NCBI GenBank assembly: GCA_021157625.1
Contig: JAGGWD010000005.1
Span: 2,118-66,117 of the forward strand
Source of the DNA: a bacterium
GTDB lineage: Bacteria; Patescibacteriota; Minisyncoccia; Minisyncoccales; JAGGXC01
DNA length: 64,000 nucleotides
Direction of reading: 5' to 3'
Positions 16,870 to 24,659 of this stretch are shown here, piece by piece (position 1 is the first letter of the stretch; every line of letters starts with the position of its first letter). The notes beneath the pieces were generated by a model. The model was not told the DNA's origin. It searched no databases and saw nothing but the letters and a program-made list of their open reading frames with translations. The position numbers and the translations under genes are program-made.

Positions 16870-18879
16870 TTATAATTTTAATTCTTCTTCTATTCTCAAT
16901 AATCTATTATATTTCTCTACCCTCTCCCCTCGAGCAGGTGCCCCGGCTTTTATAAAGTCAGCACTAACTCCTACAGCAAAATCAGCAATAAATGGATCAC
17001 AAGTATCGCCTGACCTATGAGAGACAAGTACCTTCCAACCATAAGATTTAGCAAGCTTTGCTGCCTCAATTGCCTCACTTACAGTCCCTACCTGATTTGG
17101 TTTTATTATTGCTCCAGAACAACATCCTATTCTATGAGCTTTTCTCATTCTCTCAATATTGGTTACCAAAAGGTCATCTCCTAAAATAAAAACTTTCTCT
17201 CCCAACATATCTTTCATTTTCTTGAATCCCTCAAAATCCTCTTCAGCAAAAGGATCCTCAATGAATATAATTGGAAATCTATTTACTAAATTCCGATAAA
17301 ACGCCAGGAGTTCTTCTCGTGACATTTTTCTTCCTTCAATAAAGTATCGTTTGTTTTGGTAGAACTGGGTGGCGGCTGCATCTATCCCAATTTTAATCTT
17401 TCTTAAAAGACCTGCTTTTTTTGCTGCTTCTGTGATTAACCTTAAAGCTTCAGAAGTTCTTTTCAGAGGCGGGGCAAATCCTCCCTCATCTCCTAAATTT
17501 ATAGCAAATTTTCCAAACTTTTTCTCAAGAATCTTTTTTAAAGTATGATATACTTTGACAGCTATTCTCAAATTTTCTGCAAACGAATCTTGTTGAGGAA
17601 TAATCATAAATTCCTGGATACTCAAATCATTGCCAGCATGAACTCCTCCATTAATTATGTTAAAGCAGGGTAAGGGAAGAATGAATTTCTCTTTTGGCGA
17701 AGTTAATAATCTGTCATTATAAATATCAGCAATATGTCGATAGAGAGAAATACTGCGTGCTTCTGCTCCTGCTCTACAGCAAGCTTCTGAGACAGGAAGT
17801 GTTGCATTAGCTCCCAGGTGACTTTTGTTCTTTGTTCCATCAAGTTTTGCAAGTAAAAAATCAATTTTTTTCTGATTTATTACATATTTTCCTTCAAGCG
17901 TTGGAGCAATAATATTGTTAACATTTTCAACTGCCCTAAGGACTCCTTTTCCATTATATCTTTTTCCTCCATCTCTTAATTCTTTAGCCTCATATTTTCC
18001 TTTTGATGCACCAGCCGGACAAGAAGCACGAAACACATTATTGTCGCAAATCAAGTCAACCTCAACAGTGGGATTTCCTCTTGAATCAAGAATTTCTCTT
18101 GCTTTTATTTTTTTAATTCTGAAAGTGAGCTTAATTCTTAAATTAAGCTCTTTAATTTTTTCCTTGAGCGATTTTTTCCTTTCCCTGTAGTGAGCAAATT
18201 TATATTTAAAGATATCTGACTTGATACCTCCAAATAATTCAAAATAAATACCTATAAGAGCATATTTTGTAGCCATTGTCATTCTTCCTTCTCTATCCAA
18301 CCTCCTTACTGAAACAGGAATTCGGCATGAAGTCAGGTATCTAAACTTTCCTATCTTTGAGGCTCTCTGGATATAATCAAAATCCTCTGCTACCCTCATT
18401 CTCTCATCAAAACCACCAATTTGATCGTGAATTTTTTTCTTCACCATTATAAAGTGACCAGCAGCCTTGGGTTTAAAAAACTGAGAAACGCCAAAATAAA
18501 AATTAGCAATATCGTACATCAGAGCATCTATATTTTTATCGCTTAATACTTGGATATAAGAAGAGGCTATATCCAAATTCTTTTTCTTGAATTCTTTGAG
18601 AGTTTGCTCAAGAAATTCCTTTGGCAAGACAACATCCGCATCCAAAAACACTAAAATCTCACCCCGCGCAACATCTGCTCCTCTATTCCTTCCTACTGCA
18701 GGCATACCTCCCTCTACCACTTTACATCCCCATTCCTCTGCTATCTTGCGTGTTTTGTCTTTTGAACCAGCATCAGCAACAATTACCTCAAAGTTTTTAT
18801 AGGTTTGATTCTTGAGGGATTTAAGAAGCAAAGGAAGATAATTCTCTTCATTTAATGTAGGAATGATAACAGAAATCAT
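16870..18879 (-). CDS. eno: Fusion protein: family 2 glycosyltransferase (N, ~240 aa) plus enolase (C, ~425 aa)
   Basis: N-terminus: ISVIIPTLNEENYL...VADAGSKDKT...FLDADV. From ~aa 245: IKAREILDSRGNPTVEV, GDEGGFAP, IEDPFAEED, LGDDLLVTN, IKPNQVGT and SHRSGDT...IKAG (complete enolase catalytic set). It is one uninterrupted ORF. Confidence 0.85.
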   Translation of the reverse strand: MISVIIPTLNEENYLPLLLKSLKNQTYKNFEVIVADAGSKDKTRKIAEEWGCKVVEGGMPAVGRNRGADVARGEILVFLDADVVLPKEFLEQTLKEFKKKNLDIASSYIQVLSDKNIDALMYDIANFYFGVSQFFKPKAAGHFIMVKKKIHDQIGGFDERMRVAEDFDYIQRASKIGKFRYLTSCRIPVSVRRLDREGRMTMATKYALIGIYFELFGGIKSDIFKYKFAHYRERKKSLKEKIKELNLRIKLTFRIKKIKAREILDSRGNPTVEVDLICDNNVFRASCPAGASKGKYEAKELRDGGKRYNGKGVLRAVENVNNIIAPTLEGKYVINQKKIDFLLAKLDGTKNKSHLGANATLPVSEACCRAGAEARSISLYRHIADIYNDRLLTSPKEKFILPLPCFNIINGGVHAGNDLSIQEFMIIPQQDSFAENLRIAVKVYHTLKKILEKKFGKFAINLGDEGGFAPPLKRTSEALRLITEAAKKAGLLRKIKIGIDAAATQFYQNKRYFIEGRKMSREELLAFYRNLVNRFPIIFIEDPFAEEDFEGFKKMKDMLGEKVFILGDDLLVTNIERMRKAHRIGCCSGAIIKPNQVGTVSEAIEAAKLAKSYGWKVLVSHRSGDTCDPFIADFAVGVSADFIKAGAPARGERVEKYNRLLRIEEELKL

Positions 18880-18911
18880 TTCAATCAGAAATTAATGTTT
18901 CTATTATTTTA

Positions 18912-18920
18912 TGATATAAT
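18912..18920 (+). promoter_or_regulatory. Extended -10 promoter (TGaTATAAT) for the GT4 gene
   Basis: TG 18912-18913, TATAAT 18915-18920. ATG is at 18934 with no SD. Confidence 0.45.
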
Positions 18921-18933
18921 AAAATAAAAATTA

Positions 18934-20085
18934 ATGAAAATTGGATTTTTCACCAATACCTATTTACCCATTCCTTACGGAATGGAGATTTCAATTGAGA
19001 GCTTTCGAAAAAACCTCGAAAAAATGGGTCACGAGGTTTTTATATTTGCTCCTTATTACAAAGGATACAAAGATACAAACCCGCGCATTTTCCGATTTAG
19101 AGCAATAAAAGTCTTCAGAAAAAAAGAAGTTTACTTCCCCTTTCCTTTTCTTGCTCAAAACGCTCGATTAAGAGATATTTTAAGCATTAAATTTGATATC
19201 GTCCATGCTCACTCTCCATTTAGCATGGGACTGTTTGCCAAATACATATCTTCAAGACAAAAAATTCCTTTGGTCTATACTCACCATATCCAATATGCCA
19301 AATATGCCAAGCTGTATTTCAAAAGAAGATTAATTCCTCCTTTCTTGGCAAGAAAATGGAGTAAATGGTTCTCAAATCTTTCTGATTTAGTAATTGCTCC
19401 TTCTTTCAAAATAAAACATATCCTGGAAGATTATGGTGTAAAGAAGAAAATAATAGTATTGAGTACCGGCATTGATACTAATGTCTTCAAGAAATCAAAA
19501 GAGCCAAAAAAATTAATCAGAAAGAAACTCAATCTTCCCTTGCAATCCAAAATTCTTTTGTTTGTTGGAAGGATTGAGATTGAGAAAAATCCTAGTTTTT
19601 TAATCCAGACCCTACCCAGAATTCTCAAATCCAGAAAAGATGCAGTCCTTTTAATAATAGGAGAAGGAAGCTTCCGAAATGCACTTCAAAAACAAGTGCA
19701 GAAAATGAATATAGAGAAATCAGTAATCTTTACTGGCAAGATTCCTCATTCAAAAATTCCTTTTTATTATCAAAGTTCTGATATTTTTGTTTTTTCTTCT
19801 TTAACTGAAACTCAAGGAATCATATTGTTGGAAGCAGCAGCTTGTGGTCTTCCTATTGTAGCTCTATGGGATGAAGCATTTTTAGATGTAGTGCAAGATA
19901 AAAAAAATGGCTTTCTTGTTAGAAAAGAAAGTCCAGATATCTTTGCAAAAAAGATCTTATATATTCTTAACAATCCTTCTATTTATATGAAATTTTCCTC
20001 TGCCTCTCAAAAAATAGGCCAATCTTTTTCAGAAATAAAACAAACCAAAAAACTTTTGGAAATTTATAATAGCCTGATAAAATAG
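18934..20085 (+). CDS. GT4 (GT-B) glycosyltransferase, similar to diacylglycerol glucosyltransferases
   Basis: MKIGFFTNTYLPIPYGMEISIESFRKNLEKMGHEVFIF and a C-terminal E-x7-E region (SLTETQGIILLEAAACGLPIV). Confidence 0.8.
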   Translation: MKIGFFTNTYLPIPYGMEISIESFRKNLEKMGHEVFIFAPYYKGYKDTNPRIFRFRAIKVFRKKEVYFPFPFLAQNARLRDILSIKFDIVHAHSPFSMGLFAKYISSRQKIPLVYTHHIQYAKYAKLYFKRRLIPPFLARKWSKWFSNLSDLVIAPSFKIKHILEDYGVKKKIIVLSTGIDTNVFKKSKEPKKLIRKKLNLPLQSKILLFVGRIEIEKNPSFLIQTLPRILKSRKDAVLLIIGEGSFRNALQKQVQKMNIEKSVIFTGKIPHSKIPFYYQSSDIFVFSSLTETQGIILLEAAACGLPIVALWDEAFLDVVQDKKNGFLVRKESPDIFAKKILYILNNPSIYMKFSSASQKIGQSFSEIKQTKKLLEIYNSLIK

Positions 20086-20086
20086 T

Positions 20087-21004
20087 TCATTTTAAGTTCT
20101 TTAGATAATCGTAACAAAAAAGGGCTGCTTTTGCTCCTTCTCCTGCTGCAATAATTATTTGCTTAAAGGCAACAGAACTTACATCTCCAGCAGCAAACAA
20201 GCCTGGAGTCTTTGTTTTGTTAGTACCTGGTTCAATTTTAATCTCTCCCCTTTCAGAAAATTCCACGAGATCTTCTTTGACAAAAACAGTGGCAGGAACT
20301 CGACCAATTTGAACGAAAACTCCATCTACCGAGAGACTTTTCTTTTTTCCTGAAACCCGATCAGAATAAGAAATTTCTCTAACGAAATTATCTCCCTTTA
20401 TCTCTTCGGTCTTAGCAGAAAGGATCACTTCGATTTTCTTTTCTTTCTCTACTTTCTCCTGAAGCACCTCATCTCCTTTTAGTTGTGAGGAGAATTCAAG
20501 AATATAGACTTTTTTTGCATACTTCACTAATTCTAGCGCTGCTTCAAGACCGCTATTTCCTCCCCCTACAACCGCTACCACTTTTTCTTTAAAAAAAGGT
20601 GCATCACATGTAACGCAGTAAGAGACCCCTTTTCCAATAAATTCTCTCTCTCCAGGAACTTCCAAAGACCTGGGAGACGCTCCCGAGGCTACAATCACTG
20701 ACTTTGCTTGATATTCATTATTTTGAGATGTCTTAACCACAAAGAAATTATCTTTCTTGTCAAGCTCCACTACTTCTTCTTGTTTTATTTGAGCTCCAAG
20801 ACTGTCAAGATGTTCTTTCATTCTCTTCAGTAGTTCAAGACCAGTTATCTTTTTGTATCCTGGCCAGTTCTCAATTATGGAAGCTTCACCTGCCTGGCCA
20901 ACAAAATCACGAGATATGAGCAGGGTATTTATTTTTTTTCTAATGGCATATATCGCTGCGGTTATTCCCGCAGGACCTCCTCCAATGATTATTAAGTCAA
21001 ACAT
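20087..21004 (-). CDS. trxB: Thioredoxin-disulfide reductase
   Basis: IIIGGGPAGITAAIYA, redox CVTC, and an NADPH site VVGGGNSGLEAA. 305 aa. Confidence 0.88.
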   Translation of the reverse strand: MFDLIIIGGGPAGITAAIYAIRKKINTLLISRDFVGQAGEASIIENWPGYKKITGLELLKRMKEHLDSLGAQIKQEEVVELDKKDNFFVVKTSQNNEYQAKSVIVASGASPRSLEVPGEREFIGKGVSYCVTCDAPFFKEKVVAVVGGGNSGLEAALELVKYAKKVYILEFSSQLKGDEVLQEKVEKEKKIEVILSAKTEEIKGDNFVREISYSDRVSGKKKSLSVDGVFVQIGRVPATVFVKEDLVEFSERGEIKIEPGTNKTKTPGLFAAGDVSSVAFKQIIIAAGEGAKAALFCYDYLKNLK

Positions 21005-21024
21005 ATTTTTCTAAAATAATTTAA

Positions 21025-21888
21025 TTAATGAATAACTTCTGGAATGGCTTCGATTAAATCTGTTGCCAAAACACTTTCTTTTTTTTGTCTGGCAGCGATT
21101 TCTCCCGCTTTCCCATTAATAAATGCACCTGCCTGAGCAGATACAAAAGGATCAAATCCTTGAGCCATAATTGCTCCACAAATACCAGCTAAAGTATCTC
21201 CTGTTCCTCCTACCGATAAATAAGGGTTTCCCGTCTTATTGATAGCTGTCTCATTCCCGTTTGAAATTATATCTGTTCTTCCCTTCAAGAGAATGGTAGT
21301 ACCTAACTTTTGTGCTACTTCTGAAACAATTTTTATTTTTTCTTTAAGGGACATATCCTTTATTTTCTTCTGGGATAGAAGAAAAAATTCATAACTATGA
21401 GGAGTAATCAAAAACGGCTTTCCTGACAAAAGATCAACTGATTCAGCCACTGCATGGATAGCATCGGCATCGATTACCGCAGGAACAGAAATCTGAGAAA
21501 GATATTCACGAATCACCTCTTTTGTTTCTTGACTCCTACCTGCCCCTCCTCCAATTACAACAGCTGTTTTCTTATGAGAAACAACCTCAGCAGATTTGGT
21601 CATTGCAATCAGAGTAGAAAGATGATCTTTGCTCAGATAGTCACCCTCTAAAGGATAGGCAGCTAAATTGGGCGAAAAAGAAGCTACAATATCAGCTGCT
21701 CTTTTTGGCGCAATAATCTGAATCATATCCACTCCTGCTCTAAAAGCAGCTAAAGCAGAAAGCGCTGGAGACCCTGAGTAGAATTTTGATCCTCCTATTA
21801 CCAAAAGGAGACCATAATCATACTTATGAATATCGGGAGATCTTTTTTTATAAATATTTTTGATTAATTTTTTTGTCACTTCAATCAT
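21025..21888 (-). CDS. nnrD: NAD(P)HX dehydratase (YjeF C-terminal / carbohydrate kinase family)
   Basis: HKYDYGLLLVIGGSKFYSGSPALSALAAFRAGVD...GGTGDTLAG. Confidence 0.8.
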   Translation of the reverse strand: MIEVTKKLIKNIYKKRSPDIHKYDYGLLLVIGGSKFYSGSPALSALAAFRAGVDMIQIIAPKRAADIVASFSPNLAAYPLEGDYLSKDHLSTLIAMTKSAEVVSHKKTAVVIGGGAGRSQETKEVIREYLSQISVPAVIDADAIHAVAESVDLLSGKPFLITPHSYEFFLLSQKKIKDMSLKEKIKIVSEVAQKLGTTILLKGRTDIISNGNETAINKTGNPYLSVGGTGDTLAGICGAIMAQGFDPFVSAQAGAFINGKAGEIAARQKKESVLATDLIEAIPEVIH

Positions 21889-21900
21889 GGTTTTAATTTT

Positions 21901-22767
21901 TTAAATTTCTTTCATAATTTTTTTAAGCCTTTGGCCAAACTCAGGGTGCCTTAGCGAAAGATATAAATTGGATTCCAACCACGAAAATTTAGTTCCGCAT
22001 TCAAGCCACCTTCCTTCTATCTCATAACCATAAACTGCTTTACCGCTCTCAATCATTCTTCGCAAAGCATTGGCTAAAATAATTTCTTTATGTTTAGAAG
22101 TAGATTCCTTCTCCAACCAACTAAAAACCTCTGGTGTCAAAATATATCTCCCAACAATAGCCAAATTAGAAGGAGCTGATTCTTTCTCAGGTTTTTCCAC
22201 AATTTTTTTAATTTTGAAAAGACGGTTTGATATCTTCTCTACTTCTACTATTCCATAACTTGATATCTTTTCTTCACTCACTTTCTTTAAAGCGATCACG
22301 GGTGATTGAGCTGTCCTAAAAATATTCATCAACTGAACAAGACAGGGAGTTTTTGAATCTACAATATCATCAGGAAAGAAAACACCAAAGGGGCTTTTTT
22401 TAACTATCTTTTTTGCTTGTAATATAGCATGTCCATCTCCTAATGGTTCTTTCTGAAAAACAACAGAGAGACAAAGACCTTTTGTAAGCTCTTTTATTTG
22501 ATAAAGTTCTTTTAAAAGATGAGTTCTTTTTCTTTGTTTTAGAAGCTTCTCAAGCTTGGGATCTTCTTGAAAATACTCAAGAATTCCTTTCTTTTTAGGG
22601 CGTGCCACAAAAATAATCTCTTTGATACCAGAATTCTTTGCTTCTTCAATACTATATTGCACAAGCGGTTTATCTACCAAAGGAAATAGTTCTTTGGGAA
22701 CTACCCTTGATAAAGGAAGAAATCTTGTTCCCAAGCCTGCAATTGGAATAACTGCTTTTTTTAACAT
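21901..22767 (-). CDS. galU: UTP--glucose-1-phosphate uridylyltransferase
   Basis: KAVIPIAGLGTRFLPLSRVVPKELFPLVDKP. Confidence 0.9.
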   Translation of the reverse strand: MLKKAVIPIAGLGTRFLPLSRVVPKELFPLVDKPLVQYSIEEAKNSGIKEIIFVARPKKKGILEYFQEDPKLEKLLKQRKRTHLLKELYQIKELTKGLCLSVVFQKEPLGDGHAILQAKKIVKKSPFGVFFPDDIVDSKTPCLVQLMNIFRTAQSPVIALKKVSEEKISSYGIVEVEKISNRLFKIKKIVEKPEKESAPSNLAIVGRYILTPEVFSWLEKESTSKHKEIILANALRRMIESGKAVYGYEIEGRWLECGTKFSWLESNLYLSLRHPEFGQRLKKIMKEI

Positions 22768-22795
22768 AACGTTTTATTAGAATTTTTCTTCAAAG

Positions 22796-24049
22796 TTATT
22801 TTTTCTTACGACGAGTCAAGGCTTTGATTTTTTCCTTCCATGGACTTCTTCTAAGAAAAGCAGGAATCTCCCATTTCTCTTGCTCGGCTAACATTTTTCT
22901 CTCTTCTTCCTGTAGCGCTTTCTTGATTTCAAGCGCGCTAAGTCTCTTCTTTTGTTTCTTTGTTTTTTTCTTTGTTTTTTTCTTTTTTTGTCTTTTAACC
23001 TTGATCTTGACCTTTTTTCCCTTAATTTCTTCTTTTTTCTCTTTCTTTTTTATCTCTGGTTTCTTCTCCTCTTCGGCTAACTTACTTTTGATTTTCTTCT
23101 TTTTACTATCTCCTACTACAAGCAGGGTTACTTTAAGTGTTGAATTTTTTGAAGAAGGAAGTAAAGATACTCCAAAGATAATTTTTGCATAAGGGTTTAA
23201 ATTAGAAAAAGTATTAGATATTTGCTCAACCTCTTTCATTTTCAAATCATCTCCAGCAGTAATATTAAATAAGATCTTCTTTGCTGTCTTGATATTGAAG
23301 TCAAAAAGTACAGGACTCAGAATTTTTTTAATTACAGTATCCACTCTATCAGGGCCTTTAGCTTCAGCTGTATTAAAATAGAATTTCTCTCCAATCTCAT
23401 CAAGCATAGTCTTGAAATCGGCAAAATCTATATTTATCAATCCGGGCTCATAAATTAGGTTAACAAGACTTGCTAAATTATCAGCCAATATTTTGTTAAG
23501 AGTAAAAAAAGCCTTCTCTAGAGAAGTCTTCTTATCGATTACCTTAAAAATTCGCTGATTTTGAATCACTAAAAAGGCATTAAGATGCTGCTTCAATTTG
23601 GCAAGTGCCTCTTTGGCTATTTGAACTCTTTTCTCTCCTTCAAATTTAAACGGAAGGGTAAAAATTCCTAAATTAATATTACCTAATTCATGAGAAACAG
23701 AAGCAAAAACAGGGGTTGCTCCTGATCCTGTACCCCCGCCCAAAGAGGCAATAAAAATACACAAATCTTGTCCTTTTAATATTCTCTTAATTCTTTGTTT
23801 TTCTTTCTCAGCAGCACTCTTACCTAACTCTGGATTCATTCCTGTACCTAGACCATGAGTTAAATCTTGACCAAATTTAAATTTATAAACTTTGTGAGGC
23901 AATTTTCTTAGAGCCTGAACATCAGTATTAGCGGCAAGGAAAGTTACTTTCTTGATCTTTTTGGCAAGCTGACCTACAATTGCGCTTCCCCCTCCTCCTA
24001 TACCAATAACTTTTATTTTTGTGTTCTTAATCAAGAATCTATTTTTCAT
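22796..24049 (-). CDS. ftsZ: Cell division protein FtsZ with a long K-rich linker
   Basis: GIGGGGSAIVGQL, GGGTGSGATPVFA, then ~90 aa of K/E-rich linker, then the conserved C-terminal peptide EIPAFLRR. Confidence 0.93.
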   Translation of the reverse strand: MKNRFLIKNTKIKVIGIGGGGSAIVGQLAKKIKKVTFLAANTDVQALRKLPHKVYKFKFGQDLTHGLGTGMNPELGKSAAEKEKQRIKRILKGQDLCIFIASLGGGTGSGATPVFASVSHELGNINLGIFTLPFKFEGEKRVQIAKEALAKLKQHLNAFLVIQNQRIFKVIDKKTSLEKAFFTLNKILADNLASLVNLIYEPGLINIDFADFKTMLDEIGEKFYFNTAEAKGPDRVDTVIKKILSPVLFDFNIKTAKKILFNITAGDDLKMKEVEQISNTFSNLNPYAKIIFGVSLLPSSKNSTLKVTLLVVGDSKKKKIKSKLAEEEKKPEIKKKEKKEEIKGKKVKIKVKRQKKKKTKKKTKKQKKRLSALEIKKALQEEERKMLAEQEKWEIPAFLRRSPWKEKIKALTRRKKK

Positions 24050-24193
24050 ACTTATTACTCAATTTTATCATAAAAATTAGCAAACCCAAAAACAAAAATC
24101 TCTATTCTTGAAATAAATATTTATCCTGGTAATTAGAGCACTATGCTCAATCAGCTTGCACTTTTAAATAAATATCTTTTTCTATCCCCTTTG

Positions 24194-24267
24194 TGGGCGT
24201 ATCAGGATTCGAACCTGAGACCTCTGCGATGTGAACGCAGCGCTCTAACCAACTGAGCTATACGCCC
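24194..24267 (-). tRNA. tRNA-Val (anticodon CAC)
   Basis: GGGCGTA-TA-GCTC-AGTTGGTTA-GAGC-G-CTGCG-TTCACAT-CGCAG-AGGTC-TCAGG-TTCGAAT-CCTGA-TACGCCC-A. CCA is not encoded. Confidence 0.93.
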
Positions 24268-24298
24268 CTTTTTATTATAACATTAGCAGAAATAAAAA

Positions 24299-24324
24299 GA
24301 AGGGAAACAAAACAATATCCCTTC
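24299..24324 (-). terminator. Intrinsic terminator after the RAM-domain gene
   Basis: Minus strand: GAAGGGA, 12-nt loop, TCCCTTC, then TTTTTATTT. Confidence 0.6.
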
Positions 24325-24325
24325 A

Positions 24326-24556
24326 TTAGAACTTGACGCCCGTTAAAGTAACAGTTTTTATTATTCCCTCAAGCGACCTAATTTTTTCTATAATTTCACT
24401 GAGCTCGTGGACATCATCCTCAAGCTCTATTTTCGCAATTAGATCATATTCTCCAAAGAGAGGATTTAATTCCGAAACCTCTGGAATTTCCAGTAGTTTT
24501 GTATAGACCCTGTGTTCTTGAGATGGTTCGGCTTTTATCAATACAAATGCCAACAT
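24326..24556 (-). CDS. Stand-alone Lrp/AsnC ligand-binding (RAM) domain protein, 76 aa
   Basis: MLAFVLIKAEP...VYTKLLEIPEVSELNPLFGEYDLIAKIE...: the beta-alpha-beta-beta-alpha-beta RAM pattern with no HTH. Confidence 0.7.
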   Translation of the reverse strand: MLAFVLIKAEPSQEHRVYTKLLEIPEVSELNPLFGEYDLIAKIELEDDVHELSEIIEKIRSLEGIIKTVTLTGVKF

Positions 24557-24591
24557 TCTCTCCTCTCTTTTACTTTTTAAGGAGCATTATT

Positions 24592-24620
24592 TAAATATCA
24601 AAATGTGGGTTATCTGTCAA
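24592..24620 (-). promoter_or_regulatory. Promoter candidate for the RAM-domain gene
   Basis: Minus strand: TTGACA (24620->24615), 17 nt, TATTTA (24597->24592). GGAGAG SD precedes the ATG at 24556. Confidence 0.45.
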
Positions 24621-24659
24621 GGATTTCTATCAAGAAAGAGATATTATATAATAAAGAAT

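Noticed and set aside
24603-24659. ORF-track start (MWVICQGFLSRKRYYIIKN...) for the 696-aa protein
   Set aside because: This stretch overlaps the divergent promoter region. The in-frame ATG at 24660 directly follows a TATAAT box and begins a more protein-like sequence, so the longer start was rejected in favour of 24660.
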